Positions 7,495 to 17,190 of a DNA stretch of 64,000 nt are shown here, piece by piece. This DNA comes from Verrucomicrobiota bacterium. Lineage in GTDB: Bacteria; Verrucomicrobiota; Verrucomicrobiia; Methylacidiphilales; JBCCWR01. A program made the position numbers and the translations under genes. The notes under the pieces are model-generated. The model saw nothing but the letters and a program-made list of their open reading frames with translations, was not told where the DNA came from and did not search any database. Every line of letters begins with the position of its first letter. Within the stretch, counting starts at the first letter, position 1. The stretch lies in assembly GCA_039193385.1 (NCBI GenBank), contig JBCCWR010000001.1, positions 7,755-71,754 of the forward strand, written 5' to 3'.

Positions 7495-8268
7495 ATGAGA
7501 ACTTTAGTAATTCCAGATATTCATAACCGCATTAGTTGGGTGCATGATTTTATTGGAGCAGTCGAACACGATAATCTTGTCTTTCTAGGCGATTTTTTTG
7601 ACCGTGAAACCGATCCATCACAGACCATGCAAACAGCTATTTGGTTGAAAGAAAGCCTGGTGCGCTATCCGAATGCAGCTTTTTTACTGGGTAATCATGA
7701 TATGCACTATCGTTATCCGGCTAACAATTATCTCAAATGTTCCGGTTACACGGAAGAAAAACAGATATTAATCAACTCCATTATTACTTCGGATGACTGG
7801 AATCGCTTTAAACTTTACCACATCGATCAGGGTTGGCTTATAAGCCATGCCGGCGTTTCGGATGTTGTTTTTCGACCACCGGGACGCACTTTGGATTTAA
7901 AATGGATTCAGCAGAGTTGTGATGAAGCTCTCATCAGTGCTGCACTAAACCAACCTCATAATGCCATTGAACCAGATATGGCCCGTGGTGGAAAAACACG
8001 TGAGGGGGGCATCATCTGGTTAGACTGGGATCTTTTTAAGCCGCTTCCCAATATTCATCAGATCGTGGGACATTCAGTGGATCATTACGTTCGCGATAAA
8101 AAATTGGAGCGTAATGGTGAAGTTATCAGTTGGAACTACTGCATTGATTGCGCGTGTCGGTATGTTGGCCTTATAGAAAGCTCCCGCTTACAGATCATAG
8201 AGACTGGCCTTTACAATGATAACGTTGTGCAAAAGGAACAACATATGGCTGAGGAAGAAGTGTCTTAA
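7495..8268 (+). CDS. metallophosphoesterase (calcineurin-like phosphatase family)
   Basis: Contains the motifs VIPDIHN, FLGDFFDR and GNHD. Confidence 0.75.
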   Translation: MRTLVIPDIHNRISWVHDFIGAVEHDNLVFLGDFFDRETDPSQTMQTAIWLKESLVRYPNAAFLLGNHDMHYRYPANNYLKCSGYTEEKQILINSIITSDDWNRFKLYHIDQGWLISHAGVSDVVFRPPGRTLDLKWIQQSCDEALISAALNQPHNAIEPDMARGGKTREGGIIWLDWDLFKPLPNIHQIVGHSVDHYVRDKKLERNGEVISWNYCIDCACRYVGLIESSRLQIIETGLYNDNVVQKEQHMAEEEVS

Positions 8269-8924
8269 GCCATTTTTAAAACGGTTTCGACCATCTTGTT
8301 TATCCCTGCTTCCGCTTCGCTGATGCGTTGAGCCAACATGTAGGCGGGCGTCGTCACGATTTTAAGATTTTCATCCACAACAATTTCATTCACGGCTTTA
8401 TCTGCATGCATACCTCCAAAACTTTGCAGAGGAGCGGAAGTGGCTTCATCATTGCCTATGGTGAAAGTCACTTTTTTATGGCCGAAAAGTTTTGCAGCGA
8501 TGGCGGGGGCAATGCAGGCAAAGCCCAGAGGTTTGCCCAATTCATGAGCTGCTTTAAGAAAAGTTTCCAGCTCCGGGTTCACCTTCATGTCAGCACCATC
8601 GAAAACAAAAGAGCAAAGGTTTTTTGCCGCGCCAAATCCGCCCGGCAGGATAACAGCGTCATAGTCCGACGCATTGCATTGGGCAAGCGCTTTAATATCC
8701 CCACGGGCAATGCGTGCAGACTCCACCAGCACATTTCGAGTTTCGCCTTCCATAGGCTCTCCTGTGAGATGATCGATCACATGGTGTTGTGCGATGTCTG
8801 GCGCTGCATAAGAGATAGCCGCATCCGCCTTATCCAGAGCCAGCAAAGTCAACACAGATTCATGGATTTCCGCACCGTCGTAGACGCCGCAGCCTGAAAG
8901 AATAACAAGAACTTTTTTACTCAT
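8265..8924 (-). CDS. elbB: ElbB-like DJ-1/PfpI family protein (glyoxalase/isoprenoid-associated)
   Basis: 219 aa. KKVLVILSGCGVYDGAEIHESVLTLLALDKA is typical of ElbB. Confidence 0.85.
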   Translation of the reverse strand: MSKKVLVILSGCGVYDGAEIHESVLTLLALDKADAAISYAAPDIAQHHVIDHLTGEPMEGETRNVLVESARIARGDIKALAQCNASDYDAVILPGGFGAAKNLCSFVFDGADMKVNPELETFLKAAHELGKPLGFACIAPAIAAKLFGHKKVTFTIGNDEATSAPLQSFGGMHADKAVNEIVVDENLKIVTTPAYMLAQRISEAEAGINKMVETVLKMA

Positions 8925-9004
8925 ATTTAGAGTGTAATTTAGGAAGATGAATTGGAAAGTGAAAGTTGCTGACCTCTATTGAAATTATGGCAGTTGAAAT
9001 CTTA

Positions 9005-9024
9005 AATGCATAATGCGGGTTCAA
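9005..9024 (+). repeat. dispersed intergenic repeat, short copy
   Basis: AATGCATAATGCGGGTTCAA lies in the elbB/nrdB divergent spacer. Confidence 0.4.
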
Positions 9025-9140
9025 GAGACGACTTTCTAGAGTGGTAAAATAGTAAATTTATCATTGACACACACGGCTGTTTCATAGTTGTAAAAAAATA
9101 CTTACGAAAGTCGTTTGTCTGTTGACAAAACTAAGTCAAA

Positions 9141-9188
9141 AAGCTACATATTGATGAGTTACCAAAGCAGAGCCACTACATGTAGTAT
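9141..9188. promoter_or_regulatory. tandem NrdR boxes (pair 1) overlapping a TTGACA-N17-TACATA promoter-like element
   Basis: The 16-mers AAGCTACATATTGATG (9141-9156) and CCACTACATGTAGTAT (9173-9188, with a perfect 12-bp palindromic core ACTACATGTAGT) resemble the NrdR consensus acaCwAtATaTwgtgt. Their centres are 32 bp apart. TTGACA lies at 9122-9127. Confidence 0.6.
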
Positions 9189-9295
9189 TTCACTTAAAAA
9201 CGGTTCTTTCTAAAAAACTTATCTAAGTCGCTTATTAGCAACATGATTGATCGGTTTTAAAGAGGGGCCCGTTTTTTTTTGACCCTGGGTTAGGA

Positions 9296-9341
9296 ACACT
9301 AGATGTAGTAGCTACTTAAGTAGTAACACAACATAGGGGAC
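9296..9341. promoter_or_regulatory. candidate second pair of NrdR boxes
   Basis: ACACTAGATGTAGTAG (9296-9311, 12/16 to consensus) and ACACAACATAGGGGAC (9326-9341, about 10/16). Their centres are 30 bp apart. The pair lies about 80 nt upstream of the nrdB ATG. Confidence 0.45.
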
Positions 9342-9419
9342 TTTTTACGTAAAAATTAAAAGAAATTTGCAAAAAGAGGTTTAGATTCCAATGAACATTG
9401 AATCGAGGAGAGATAAATA

Positions 9420-10571
9420 ATGATAAGTGAAGTAATACTGCCAGAAACTGACATGCAGGATGAAATTCTGGAAAAAGAAGATAATAACTATGTCTACTAC
9501 CAGTTCCGGGGGAAGAGGTTTAAGTTAGATAAAGAGAAAGCGCGAGCGCGTAAAGAAGGCAAGCGAGTGATTAATGGGCTGCGCACTGCGGAGCTCAACA
9601 TTATGCCTTTGAAATACCAGGAGGCATACCGTCTTTACAAGCAAATGAAAGCTAATCACTGGGAGCCGGATGTCATTGATATGACTAAGGATTGTAACCT
9701 CTGGCATTCTGATGAGTTGTCGAGTAAGGAGCGTTGGATTATTGAAATGGGTGTGGGTTACTTTTCAGCCGCCGAGGGCATCGTAGGAGACAGTGTTTTT
9801 CATGTTATTGAGGACAACCTTACGGCCGCAGAGCTAAAACATGCCGCGCTGCGCTGGATAGCTGAAGAATCCATTCACATGGACTCGCTACTACACATCA
9901 TTGGATCGCTTGATATAGATCAGGATGAAGTGACAGCAAAGTTCAATGATATTCCTTCCATACGTAAGAAAAATGATTTCATTACACGTCATATGCCTGA
10001 ACTTAAGATGGGTATTGATCTGACAACGCTGGAAAATAAAAAGAAATTTCTCAAAGCTATTTTTGGAATTTCCCAAGTTATGGAGGGCACGCAGTTCTAT
10101 GCTTTATTTGCTATGCTACTTTCCCTGCACCGTCAGAATAAGATGACGGGTATAGGGCAGATGTTTCAATACACATTGCGTGATGAGTCAAACCACATTG
10201 CCTTAGGGCGCTACATTATGTTGGAACTTATCAAAGAAAATCCTGAAGTATGGACAGAAGACTTTAAGCAGGAGCTGGTTGACTTCATGAAAGAAGGTGT
10301 CGAGCTGGAGAAAGAGTTTGTAACCGACTGCCTCCCAGAAAATTGTGTGGGTATGACGCAGAAGGAATTTCTGGATTATGTGGATTTCAATGCGGACCGT
10401 CGCCTCACCAGCGTAGGACTTCCGGCGCAATCTAATGTCGTGGAAAATCCTTTTCAGTGGCTGGATGAAGTTATCTTCCTCAAGAAAGAGAAAAACTTTT
10501 TTGAGACGCGTGTCACCGAATACCAGACCAGCGGCTCTGTCAAGAATGCCAAGGAAGATGATCTCATCTAA
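9420..10571 (+). CDS. nrdB: ribonucleotide reductase small (beta) subunit, class Ic-like
   Basis: Ferritin-like metal ligands are present: SAAEGIV, AEESIH, VMEGTQFYA and RDESNHI. Leu157 occupies the radical-tyrosine position. Confidence 0.9.
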   Translation: MISEVILPETDMQDEILEKEDNNYVYYQFRGKRFKLDKEKARARKEGKRVINGLRTAELNIMPLKYQEAYRLYKQMKANHWEPDVIDMTKDCNLWHSDELSSKERWIIEMGVGYFSAAEGIVGDSVFHVIEDNLTAAELKHAALRWIAEESIHMDSLLHIIGSLDIDQDEVTAKFNDIPSIRKKNDFITRHMPELKMGIDLTTLENKKKFLKAIFGISQVMEGTQFYALFAMLLSLHRQNKMTGIGQMFQYTLRDESNHIALGRYIMLELIKENPEVWTEDFKQELVDFMKEGVELEKEFVTDCLPENCVGMTQKEFLDYVDFNADRRLTSVGLPAQSNVVENPFQWLDEVIFLKKEKNFFETRVTEYQTSGSVKNAKEDDLI

Positions 10572-10635
10572 TGAGTCATTTTTTAAAAAATCCATATAAT
10601 CAAATTTAAATAATAAAAAAGAAGGAGAGCTTTTT

Positions 10636-13497
10636 ATGCCAGTAGAAGCAATCGAAGAACCCCCTGTTGTAACAACACAAGGCGGAACGCAGGATATGCC
10701 TAAAGTCATTCGGCGTGATGATTTAAATTCAACAAATGACAAGCCACGTGTTGTTCCGTGGATGGGTTTTAAAATTGCACGGGCTGTCCAGGGAGCCTGT
10801 GAAGCGGTTGATGCAGATCAATCTATTGGTGAGAAAGTACAAAAGAACATTGAAGCAAACATGCAGGTGGAGCATCCCTTGTTCATTCACATCGAACAGT
10901 TGCAGGATCTGGTGGAAGAGACGCTGCTTGAGATGGGTGAAGGAAAAGTCGCCATTGCCTATGCAAAATACCGTGCGCGCCGTGCCGCTTTGCGTGAAGC
11001 CCGCGCCTTAGAGCCTGAAGAGGATGCAGACCAACTTGAACTGACCTCCACAGAAATACTCAAAGATATTCGGCTGCGCGTCTCTTTCGCCATCATTAAT
11101 CTCGATTTGGGGGAATTTTCTGAAAACGATCTTATTGCGCGCCTTCTACGCAGTGTCACACCTGATTTAACAGAGGAAGAAAGACAAAATACCATTATTC
11201 TCAATGCGAAAGCGCTACTAGATCTGGATGCGGATTTTCGTTACTTTGCTGCGCGTATTCTGCTGACGTTTATTTATGAGGAAACCCTGGAATGGAAAAT
11301 TGCGGATGGAATCGATAAGTTGAAAATCGCTCACCAGGAAGCGTTTAAAACTTATATTCCTAAAGGCATTGCCCTAAAACGACTCGACCCACGTTTGGAT
11401 GAATTTGATCTTGATTCCATAGCAGAGGCGATCGATCCCTACTCGGATCTCCAATTTGATTTCCTTGGCATACAAACATTGTATGACCGCTACCTGATTC
11501 ACTATAAGCCGGACTCGACATCAAGTCGTAAAGTTCGCTTGGAAACGCCACAGATTTTCTGGATGCGCGTAGCCATGGGACTCGCTTTGTTGGAAGATAA
11601 CCGTGAGTCTAGAGCGAAAGAATTTTACAGCATCTACAAATCGCGTCGCGCATGCTCATCTACGCCGACGCTCTTTAATTCAGGTTCTTTACGTCCGCAA
11701 CTTAGTTCATGTTATTTGCTTTATTGTGGAGATTCTATTGATGAAATCACCGAGACATGGGTGCGCTTCTCCCATCTATCCAAATGGGCAGGTGGCCTTG
11801 GTTGCTCCTGGACGGCAGTTCGTGGTACAGGCTCACACATTGCGGGCACAAACGGTGAATCATCCGGGGTGATTCCTTTCCTGAAAGTTTCTAATGATAT
11901 TGCTCTGGCGGTGAACCAAGGTGGTAAAAGACCCGGAGCACTTTGCTCTTACCTGGAGACGTGGCATAACGATATTGATGACTTCCTTGACCTGCGTAAA
12001 GAGACAGGGGATGAACGTCGCCGTACGCACAATATGAACACCGCGAACTGGATTCCTGATTTATTCATGAAGCGGCTCAAAGATATAGCGGATGGTAAGC
12101 TGGAGAAAGATACCACATGGACGCTATTGCGTGCGTCTGATGCGACCGATCTTCACGATCTATTTGGCAAGGCCTTTGAAGAGCGCTACCTCGAGTATGA
12201 ACAGATGGTGGAAGAAGGTAAGATCTTCGGTAAAAAAGTACGAGTCCTTGCTTTGTGGAAGAAGATGATCGAAGCGCTTTTCGAGACAGGACACCCGTGG
12301 ATGACATTTAAGGATCCTTGCAACCTTCGGTCACCTCAGGATCACGCTGGTGTTGTTCATAGTTCAAATCTTTGCACTGAGATCACATTGAACACCTCCC
12401 GTGATGAAGTGGCGGTTTGTAATCTGGGTTCCGTCAATATTGCAGATCACTTAAATGAAGATGGTTCTATCAATGATGATAAGTTGCAAGAAACAGTAAT
12501 CACATTGATGCGTATGTTGGATAATGTCATTGATATTAATTTTTATCCGACGGAAGCAGCGGCTAATGCGAACCTTAGGCACAGACCTGTCGGCATGGGC
12601 GTCATGGGGCTGCAGGACGCGCTTTATAAAAAGCGAGTGCCATTTGATAGTCCAGAGGCTGTTGAGTTCAATGATGAAATGATGGAGAAAATAGCCTACC
12701 ATGCCTACTCTGCCTCGGCGAACCTGGCTAAAGAACGCGGCTGTTACTCAACTTTTAAAGGTTCGAAATGGGATAAAGGTATGTTACCGCTGGATTCACT
12801 TGAGCATCTAGAAGAGCAACGCGGTGTGAACATCATGGTCGATCGTAAAGTTCGTTTGGACTGGAATGGATTGCGTCAGAAAATTCAAAAGAATGGCATG
12901 CGTAACTCCAACTGTTTAGCTATTGCTCCCACAGCGACGATTGGGAACATCATGGGAACCACGCCATGCATTGAACCTGTGTTTAAGCATATGTTTACCA
13001 AGTCCAATTTATCAGGAGACTTTGTTTATACGAATGGTTTTCTCGTTCGTGAGCTGCGTGAATTGAACTTATGGGATCAGCAGATGCGGGAAGACTTGAA
13101 GTATTTCGATGGATCGATTAGTTCGATTGACCGCATACCGGAAGACATTAAAAGGCGTTACCTCACAGCATTTGAAATTGAACCAACATGGGTTCTGCAG
13201 GCTGCCGCAGTCCGTCAAAAGTGGATTGATCAGTCACAGTCCGTTAATCTCTTCCTCGGGGACAACGACGCTCGTAAAGCCTCCTTTATGTATCGTGAAG
13301 CATGGGAGCGCGGCTTAAAAACAACGTATTACCTGCGCACCTTCAATCAGTCAGGTTATGATAACACCATGAGGGATCGTAAGCGTAAAGAACTGGAAGA
13401 AGCAGAAACTAAAAAAGACTCCAATGATAGTCCAGAGCCGTCAGCCTGTTCTATAGAGGCGGCACGTCGAGGAGAAGTCTGTGAGTCTTGTCAGTAA
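10636..13497 (+). CDS. nrdA: ribonucleoside-diphosphate reductase large (alpha) subunit
   Basis: 953 aa with an ATP-cone-like N-terminus, the active-site SSNLCTEI motif, and a C-terminal Cys cluster CSIEAARRGEVCESCQ. Confidence 0.93.
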   Translation: MPVEAIEEPPVVTTQGGTQDMPKVIRRDDLNSTNDKPRVVPWMGFKIARAVQGACEAVDADQSIGEKVQKNIEANMQVEHPLFIHIEQLQDLVEETLLEMGEGKVAIAYAKYRARRAALREARALEPEEDADQLELTSTEILKDIRLRVSFAIINLDLGEFSENDLIARLLRSVTPDLTEEERQNTIILNAKALLDLDADFRYFAARILLTFIYEETLEWKIADGIDKLKIAHQEAFKTYIPKGIALKRLDPRLDEFDLDSIAEAIDPYSDLQFDFLGIQTLYDRYLIHYKPDSTSSRKVRLETPQIFWMRVAMGLALLEDNRESRAKEFYSIYKSRRACSSTPTLFNSGSLRPQLSSCYLLYCGDSIDEITETWVRFSHLSKWAGGLGCSWTAVRGTGSHIAGTNGESSGVIPFLKVSNDIALAVNQGGKRPGALCSYLETWHNDIDDFLDLRKETGDERRRTHNMNTANWIPDLFMKRLKDIADGKLEKDTTWTLLRASDATDLHDLFGKAFEERYLEYEQMVEEGKIFGKKVRVLALWKKMIEALFETGHPWMTFKDPCNLRSPQDHAGVVHSSNLCTEITLNTSRDEVAVCNLGSVNIADHLNEDGSINDDKLQETVITLMRMLDNVIDINFYPTEAAANANLRHRPVGMGVMGLQDALYKKRVPFDSPEAVEFNDEMMEKIAYHAYSASANLAKERGCYSTFKGSKWDKGMLPLDSLEHLEEQRGVNIMVDRKVRLDWNGLRQKIQKNGMRNSNCLAIAPTATIGNIMGTTPCIEPVFKHMFTKSNLSGDFVYTNGFLVRELRELNLWDQQMREDLKYFDGSISSIDRIPEDIKRRYLTAFEIEPTWVLQAAAVRQKWIDQSQSVNLFLGDNDARKASFMYREAWERGLKTTYYLRTFNQSGYDNTMRDRKRKELEEAETKKDSNDSPEPSACSIEAARRGEVCESCQ

Positions 13498-13546
13498 CTA
13501 GTAAAAGAATAATTTTTAAGACCGATAAACTTAGCAAGTTAAACTG

Positions 13547-13580
13547 AGCTGTGGGAATTGATCCCACAGCTTGGTTTTTA
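13547..13580 (+). terminator. rho-independent terminator after nrdA
   Basis: A perfect 10-bp stem (AGCTGTGGGA / TCCCACAGCT) with loop ATTGA, followed by TGGTTTTTA. Confidence 0.6.
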
Positions 13581-13650
13581 TTATAAGGGACATCGTTAAG
13601 TAGATAATAACTTGTCATGTAAAAATAATCTGCAAAGGATCATATAAGGT

Positions 13651-14157
13651 ATGCTCACTAGAAATTACATGTCTGTGCTGATTATTTCGTTATGCCTTGT
13701 AGAACTAGCTCAGGCAGTGGCGGAGCAGCAAGAAGCACCAACCATCACTAACTACGGTGCTCTTCTGGTAACAGTTGAATCAGCTCGAAATGATAAGGGG
13801 CATGTTGGCCTCATTATGTTTAATAAAGAAGACGGCTTTCCTACCAAAGCGGAACAATCTGTTATTAAAACACCCATGACTTTGAAGAATGGAAAAAGTC
13901 AGGTCATGCTCAAAAATCTTCCCTATGGCGAGTATGCTATCGCCATTGTGCATGATGAAAACAAAAACGAGAAACTTGATCTTAACTGGTACGGTATACC
14001 GAAAGAAGGCTATGGCGCTTCAAATAATATCAAAACAAAGTTTGGCCCTCCTCGCTATAAGGACGCAGTCTTTTTGCTCGATGCGCCTTTGCAAAAAGTG
14101 AATGTGACTTTGTATTACTGGATCGGCGGAACTTTAATTCCTGGCATAAAAAGCTGA
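13651..14157 (+). CDS. DUF2141 domain secreted protein
   Basis: Signal peptide, then GHVGLIMFNKEDGFP...HDENKNEKLDLNWYGIPKEGYGASNN, which is characteristic of DUF2141. Confidence 0.75.
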   Translation: MLTRNYMSVLIISLCLVELAQAVAEQQEAPTITNYGALLVTVESARNDKGHVGLIMFNKEDGFPTKAEQSVIKTPMTLKNGKSQVMLKNLPYGEYAIAIVHDENKNEKLDLNWYGIPKEGYGASNNIKTKFGPPRYKDAVFLLDAPLQKVNVTLYYWIGGTLIPGIKS

Positions 14158-14203
14158 CAAGAATGATAAGCATTCTGTTATTTCGTGAATGCTAAATCTT
14201 TAA

Positions 14204-15283
14204 CTATTCTTCTTCTGGCGGATTTAATTTTTGCAGAAGTTCCGTTTCGATTGTTTCGTAGAGCTCAGTGTTGCTTTTGAGCTCGACCTTGGCGGCATCA
14301 CGTCCCTGAGCAAGTTGTTTTCCCTGATACGAGAGCCAGGCACCACGTTTATCAATGACATTATGTTCAATAGCCAGGTCGATGAGAGAACCTACTTTAG
14401 AAATGCCTTCATTGTACATGATATCAAACTCAGCTTCCGTGAACGGAGGGGCGACTTTATTTTTTACCACTTTAATCTTGGTACGGTTTCCCTGGACAGA
14501 ACCATCGGTTGCTTTGATTTGACCGATGCGGCGGATGTCAATGCGTACGCTGGAATAGAACTTCAGAGCACGGCCCCCAGGCGTCGTCTCAGGATTTCCA
14601 AACATCACACCAATCTTTTCTCGGATCTGGTTGGTGAAAATAGCAATGGTTTTGGCTTTGCTGATCATGGCAGTTAATTTACGCATAGCCTGGCTCATTA
14701 AACGGGCCTGTGCGCCGACGACCGCATCTCCTATTTGACCTTCTAATTCGCCTCTGGTCACCAACGCAGCGACGGAGTCAACCACCAGCACATCGATAGC
14801 ATTCGAGCGAATCAGAGTTTCTGCAATGCCTAGGGCTTCTTCGCCAGAGTTGGGTTGGGAGACAAGAAGCTCTTCCATATTTACTCCCAGTTTGCGTGCA
14901 TATTGAGGATCAAGTGCATGTTCCACATCAATGAATGCAGCGGTTCCGCCCATCTTTTGAGCACTGGCTACGACGGTTAAAGTCAAAGTGGTTTTACCGG
15001 ATGATTCTGGTCCATAGATTTCAACAATGCGTCCTCGTGGCAAACCTCCAACGCCCAGGGCTCGGTCGATTACAATTGATCCGGTGGGAATGGACTTAAT
15101 CTTCATCTTGGCACTCTCGTCGCCGAGGCGCATGATAGAATTTTCTCCGTATTGTTTAACAATAGCCTGCAGTGCCAAATCCAGATCTTTATTTTCTTTC
15201 TTAGCTTCTTGTTTCTGGGTCTTGTCGGTCTTGGCTGTTTTGGTTGCTTTAGCTTCTTTAACTTCTTCTGCTTTTGCTGGCAT
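14204..15283 (-). CDS. recA: recombinase RecA with a ~30-aa Lys/Ala/Glu-rich N-terminal extension
   Basis: [29 protein letters not shown] and [29 protein letters not shown] lies 5 nt upstream of the ATG at 15283, which supports the extended start. Confidence 0.95.
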   Translation of the reverse strand: MPAKAEEVKEAKATKTAKTDKTQKQEAKKENKDLDLALQAIVKQYGENSIMRLGDESAKMKIKSIPTGSIVIDRALGVGGLPRGRIVEIYGPESSGKTTLTLTVVASAQKMGGTAAFIDVEHALDPQYARKLGVNMEELLVSQPNSGEEALGIAETLIRSNAIDVLVVDSVAALVTRGELEGQIGDAVVGAQARLMSQAMRKLTAMISKAKTIAIFTNQIREKIGVMFGNPETTPGGRALKFYSSVRIDIRRIGQIKATDGSVQGNRTKIKVVKNKVAPPFTEAEFDIMYNEGISKVGSLIDLAIEHNVIDKRGAWLSYQGKQLAQGRDAAKVELKSNTELYETIETELLQKLNPPEEE

Positions 15284-15324
15284 GAGGTCTCCTATGTATT
15301 ATCTTCGCGTTGTCACGACACTCT

Positions 15325-16560
15325 TTACTCTGCTACTAGCGTTTTGCGCAAGAGATCCAGTGCGTGATTAGAAGCTAATAACTTAAAGGTTTCGCGATCA
15401 GGTACAAGCCGCTTTTCTAAGGTTTCTGTAAAAATCTCACCTCGGTCTGTTTTTCTGGCCATGCCGATAAAAACGAGCCCGACGGGTTTTTCAGAACTGT
15501 CTCCTGTAGGCCCAGCTATCCCGGTTAATGAAACTGCGAGATCCGCGTTGGCATTTTCGACAGCACCGCGTGCCATAGCCTCGGCAACTTCTTTACTCAC
15601 AGCTCCATGCGTCTCTATTAATTCTGGGGGCACATTCAGCTCAGCGACTTTGGCTTCATTGCTATAAGTGACCCAGCCTCGATTGAATACCTGTGAGGCC
15701 CCTGGAATATTGGTCAGGCGTGTCGCGACCTGCCCTCCTGTACACGATTCAGCAGTGGCAATTTGCTTCTTATTTTGCTTTGCGGTATGAACCACGACGG
15801 ATTCGAGTGTGTCAGCATCCTCGCCATAGATATAAGCCTGAAGCACTTCTTTAGTCTCATCAATGCGTTGAGACAGCAAAGCTTCATCCTTGGATATGAG
15901 GCGTAGGTCAACTAATCCAGCACGGGCGCAATAACCCACTTCAAGCCCTTGAAGTCCATGTAATTTTTCATCCACAATTTCCTGTAGAGATGATTCTCCT
16001 AAGTCTGACATTCGTAGAGTTTTCATCCTCATGCTTTTGGTTTGCGGTTGAAGTCCTTGAAGAATAGGCCAGACAGTGTTTTCACAAATGGGGTAAAGTT
16101 CTCTGGGAGGTCCAGGCAGGCAAAAAACATGTTTTCCGTTTTCTTCGAGGTAGAGACCGGGGGCTGTGCCATGGGCATTATGTAATACGGTGGCTCCTTC
16201 AGGAACCATAGCCTGAACTTTATTATTTTCCGGGCAGGTTCTATTACGCTGGGCAAAAAATGCTAGTAAATCTTGCTCAATCTCTGGGGAAAATTCTAAC
16301 TTACGCTTGAAATAAGATGCGACGATCTCTCGTGTCATATCATCGGTAGTAGGACCAAGACCTCCTGTTATTAAAATAACATCTGCTCGCTCGAGACTCT
16401 CTTTCAAGGCGCAAGCAATGACTTCTCCATCTGGTATAGTGACTTGGCGCGACACTCTTAGACCAAGCCGCATCAATGATTCAGAAAAATAACGTAAGTG
16501 CGTATTGAGTACCTGGCCCAGCAATAATTCGGAACCCGTATTAATAACTTCTATGAACAT
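15325..16560 (-). CDS. cinA: CinA family competence/damage-inducible protein (nicotinamide-nucleotide amidohydrolase)
   Basis: 411 aa. The N-terminal MoCF-binding-like domain is IEVINTGSELLLGQVLNTH, and the C-terminal PncC-like domain contains TAESCTGG. It lies directly upstream of recA. Confidence 0.9.
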   Translation of the reverse strand: MFIEVINTGSELLLGQVLNTHLRYFSESLMRLGLRVSRQVTIPDGEVIACALKESLERADVILITGGLGPTTDDMTREIVASYFKRKLEFSPEIEQDLLAFFAQRNRTCPENNKVQAMVPEGATVLHNAHGTAPGLYLEENGKHVFCLPGPPRELYPICENTVWPILQGLQPQTKSMRMKTLRMSDLGESSLQEIVDEKLHGLQGLEVGYCARAGLVDLRLISKDEALLSQRIDETKEVLQAYIYGEDADTLESVVVHTAKQNKKQIATAESCTGGQVATRLTNIPGASQVFNRGWVTYSNEAKVAELNVPPELIETHGAVSKEVAEAMARGAVENANADLAVSLTGIAGPTGDSSEKPVGLVFIGMARKTDRGEIFTETLEKRLVPDRETFKLLASNHALDLLRKTLVAE

Positions 16561-16710
16561 ATCTTAGGTGAGCTTAGGTTCAGTTACTATAATTTCAATT
16601 GCGAGGATTTTTAATTCAATGCGGAATTGATGGAATGATAGAATATAGGCTTGATGACGTCATGCAGCTAATCGTACTATAGTGTTATTAAATAAAGAGG
16701 ATGACCTAAT

Positions 16711-17148
16711 ATGATGTCTGCCGCCCAAGTTTATTATATCAGTGAAAAACATAATCCTACAGCTAGAGAACTGGCAAACTCTCTAGCACATGAGATAGAG
16801 TATAAATGTGTCGATCGAGAAAGCAAAGGTGATGGCCAAATTGTCCGTCAAATCTTAGTTCAAGCTCCTAAGCCTTTAATTATTCATTTTATGGATGATG
16901 ATGCCGAGGTTCCTGTGAAAGCCAGGCAACTAGCCGAAGGCGTCAAACCATCCATCGATAAGGCTATTTATGATAACTTCCGTCGATGCGATCGTAGATT
17001 TGATATTGTTCCCGTTACTCAGTCTAACGGAAGTCTTGACCCATCTCAGGGCGATTTAAGAGAAGTGGTGGATGAACTGGCCATGCTTGTGGATGGCTTT
17101 ATCTACGATCGTGTCAATCAACAGTTTGCCGCTGTTTATGAAGAATAG
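16711..17148 (+). CDS. hypothetical protein
   Basis: A 145-aa ORF with AAAGAGGA about 10 nt upstream. No family was recognised. Confidence 0.5.
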   Translation: MMSAAQVYYISEKHNPTARELANSLAHEIEYKCVDRESKGDGQIVRQILVQAPKPLIIHFMDDDAEVPVKARQLAEGVKPSIDKAIYDNFRRCDRRFDIVPVTQSNGSLDPSQGDLREVVDELAMLVDGFIYDRVNQQFAAVYEE

Positions 17149-17190
17149 TGCTTCTAGACTTTTTACAGTATGCGTTATGCTTCTGTAAAA

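Noticed and set aside
8328-8897. Long antisense ORFs in the six-frame track, e.g. 8328..8897 opposite elbB, 10203..10742 opposite nrdB/nrdA, 2970..3428 opposite comM, 39502..39999 opposite the PQQ-propeller gene, and 14231..14677 opposite recA.
   Set aside because: Each lies fully inside a well-supported gene on the other strand. Their translations are compositionally odd (Cys/Arg/Ser-rich or low-complexity) and carry no recognisable motifs. They are best explained as shadow ORFs.
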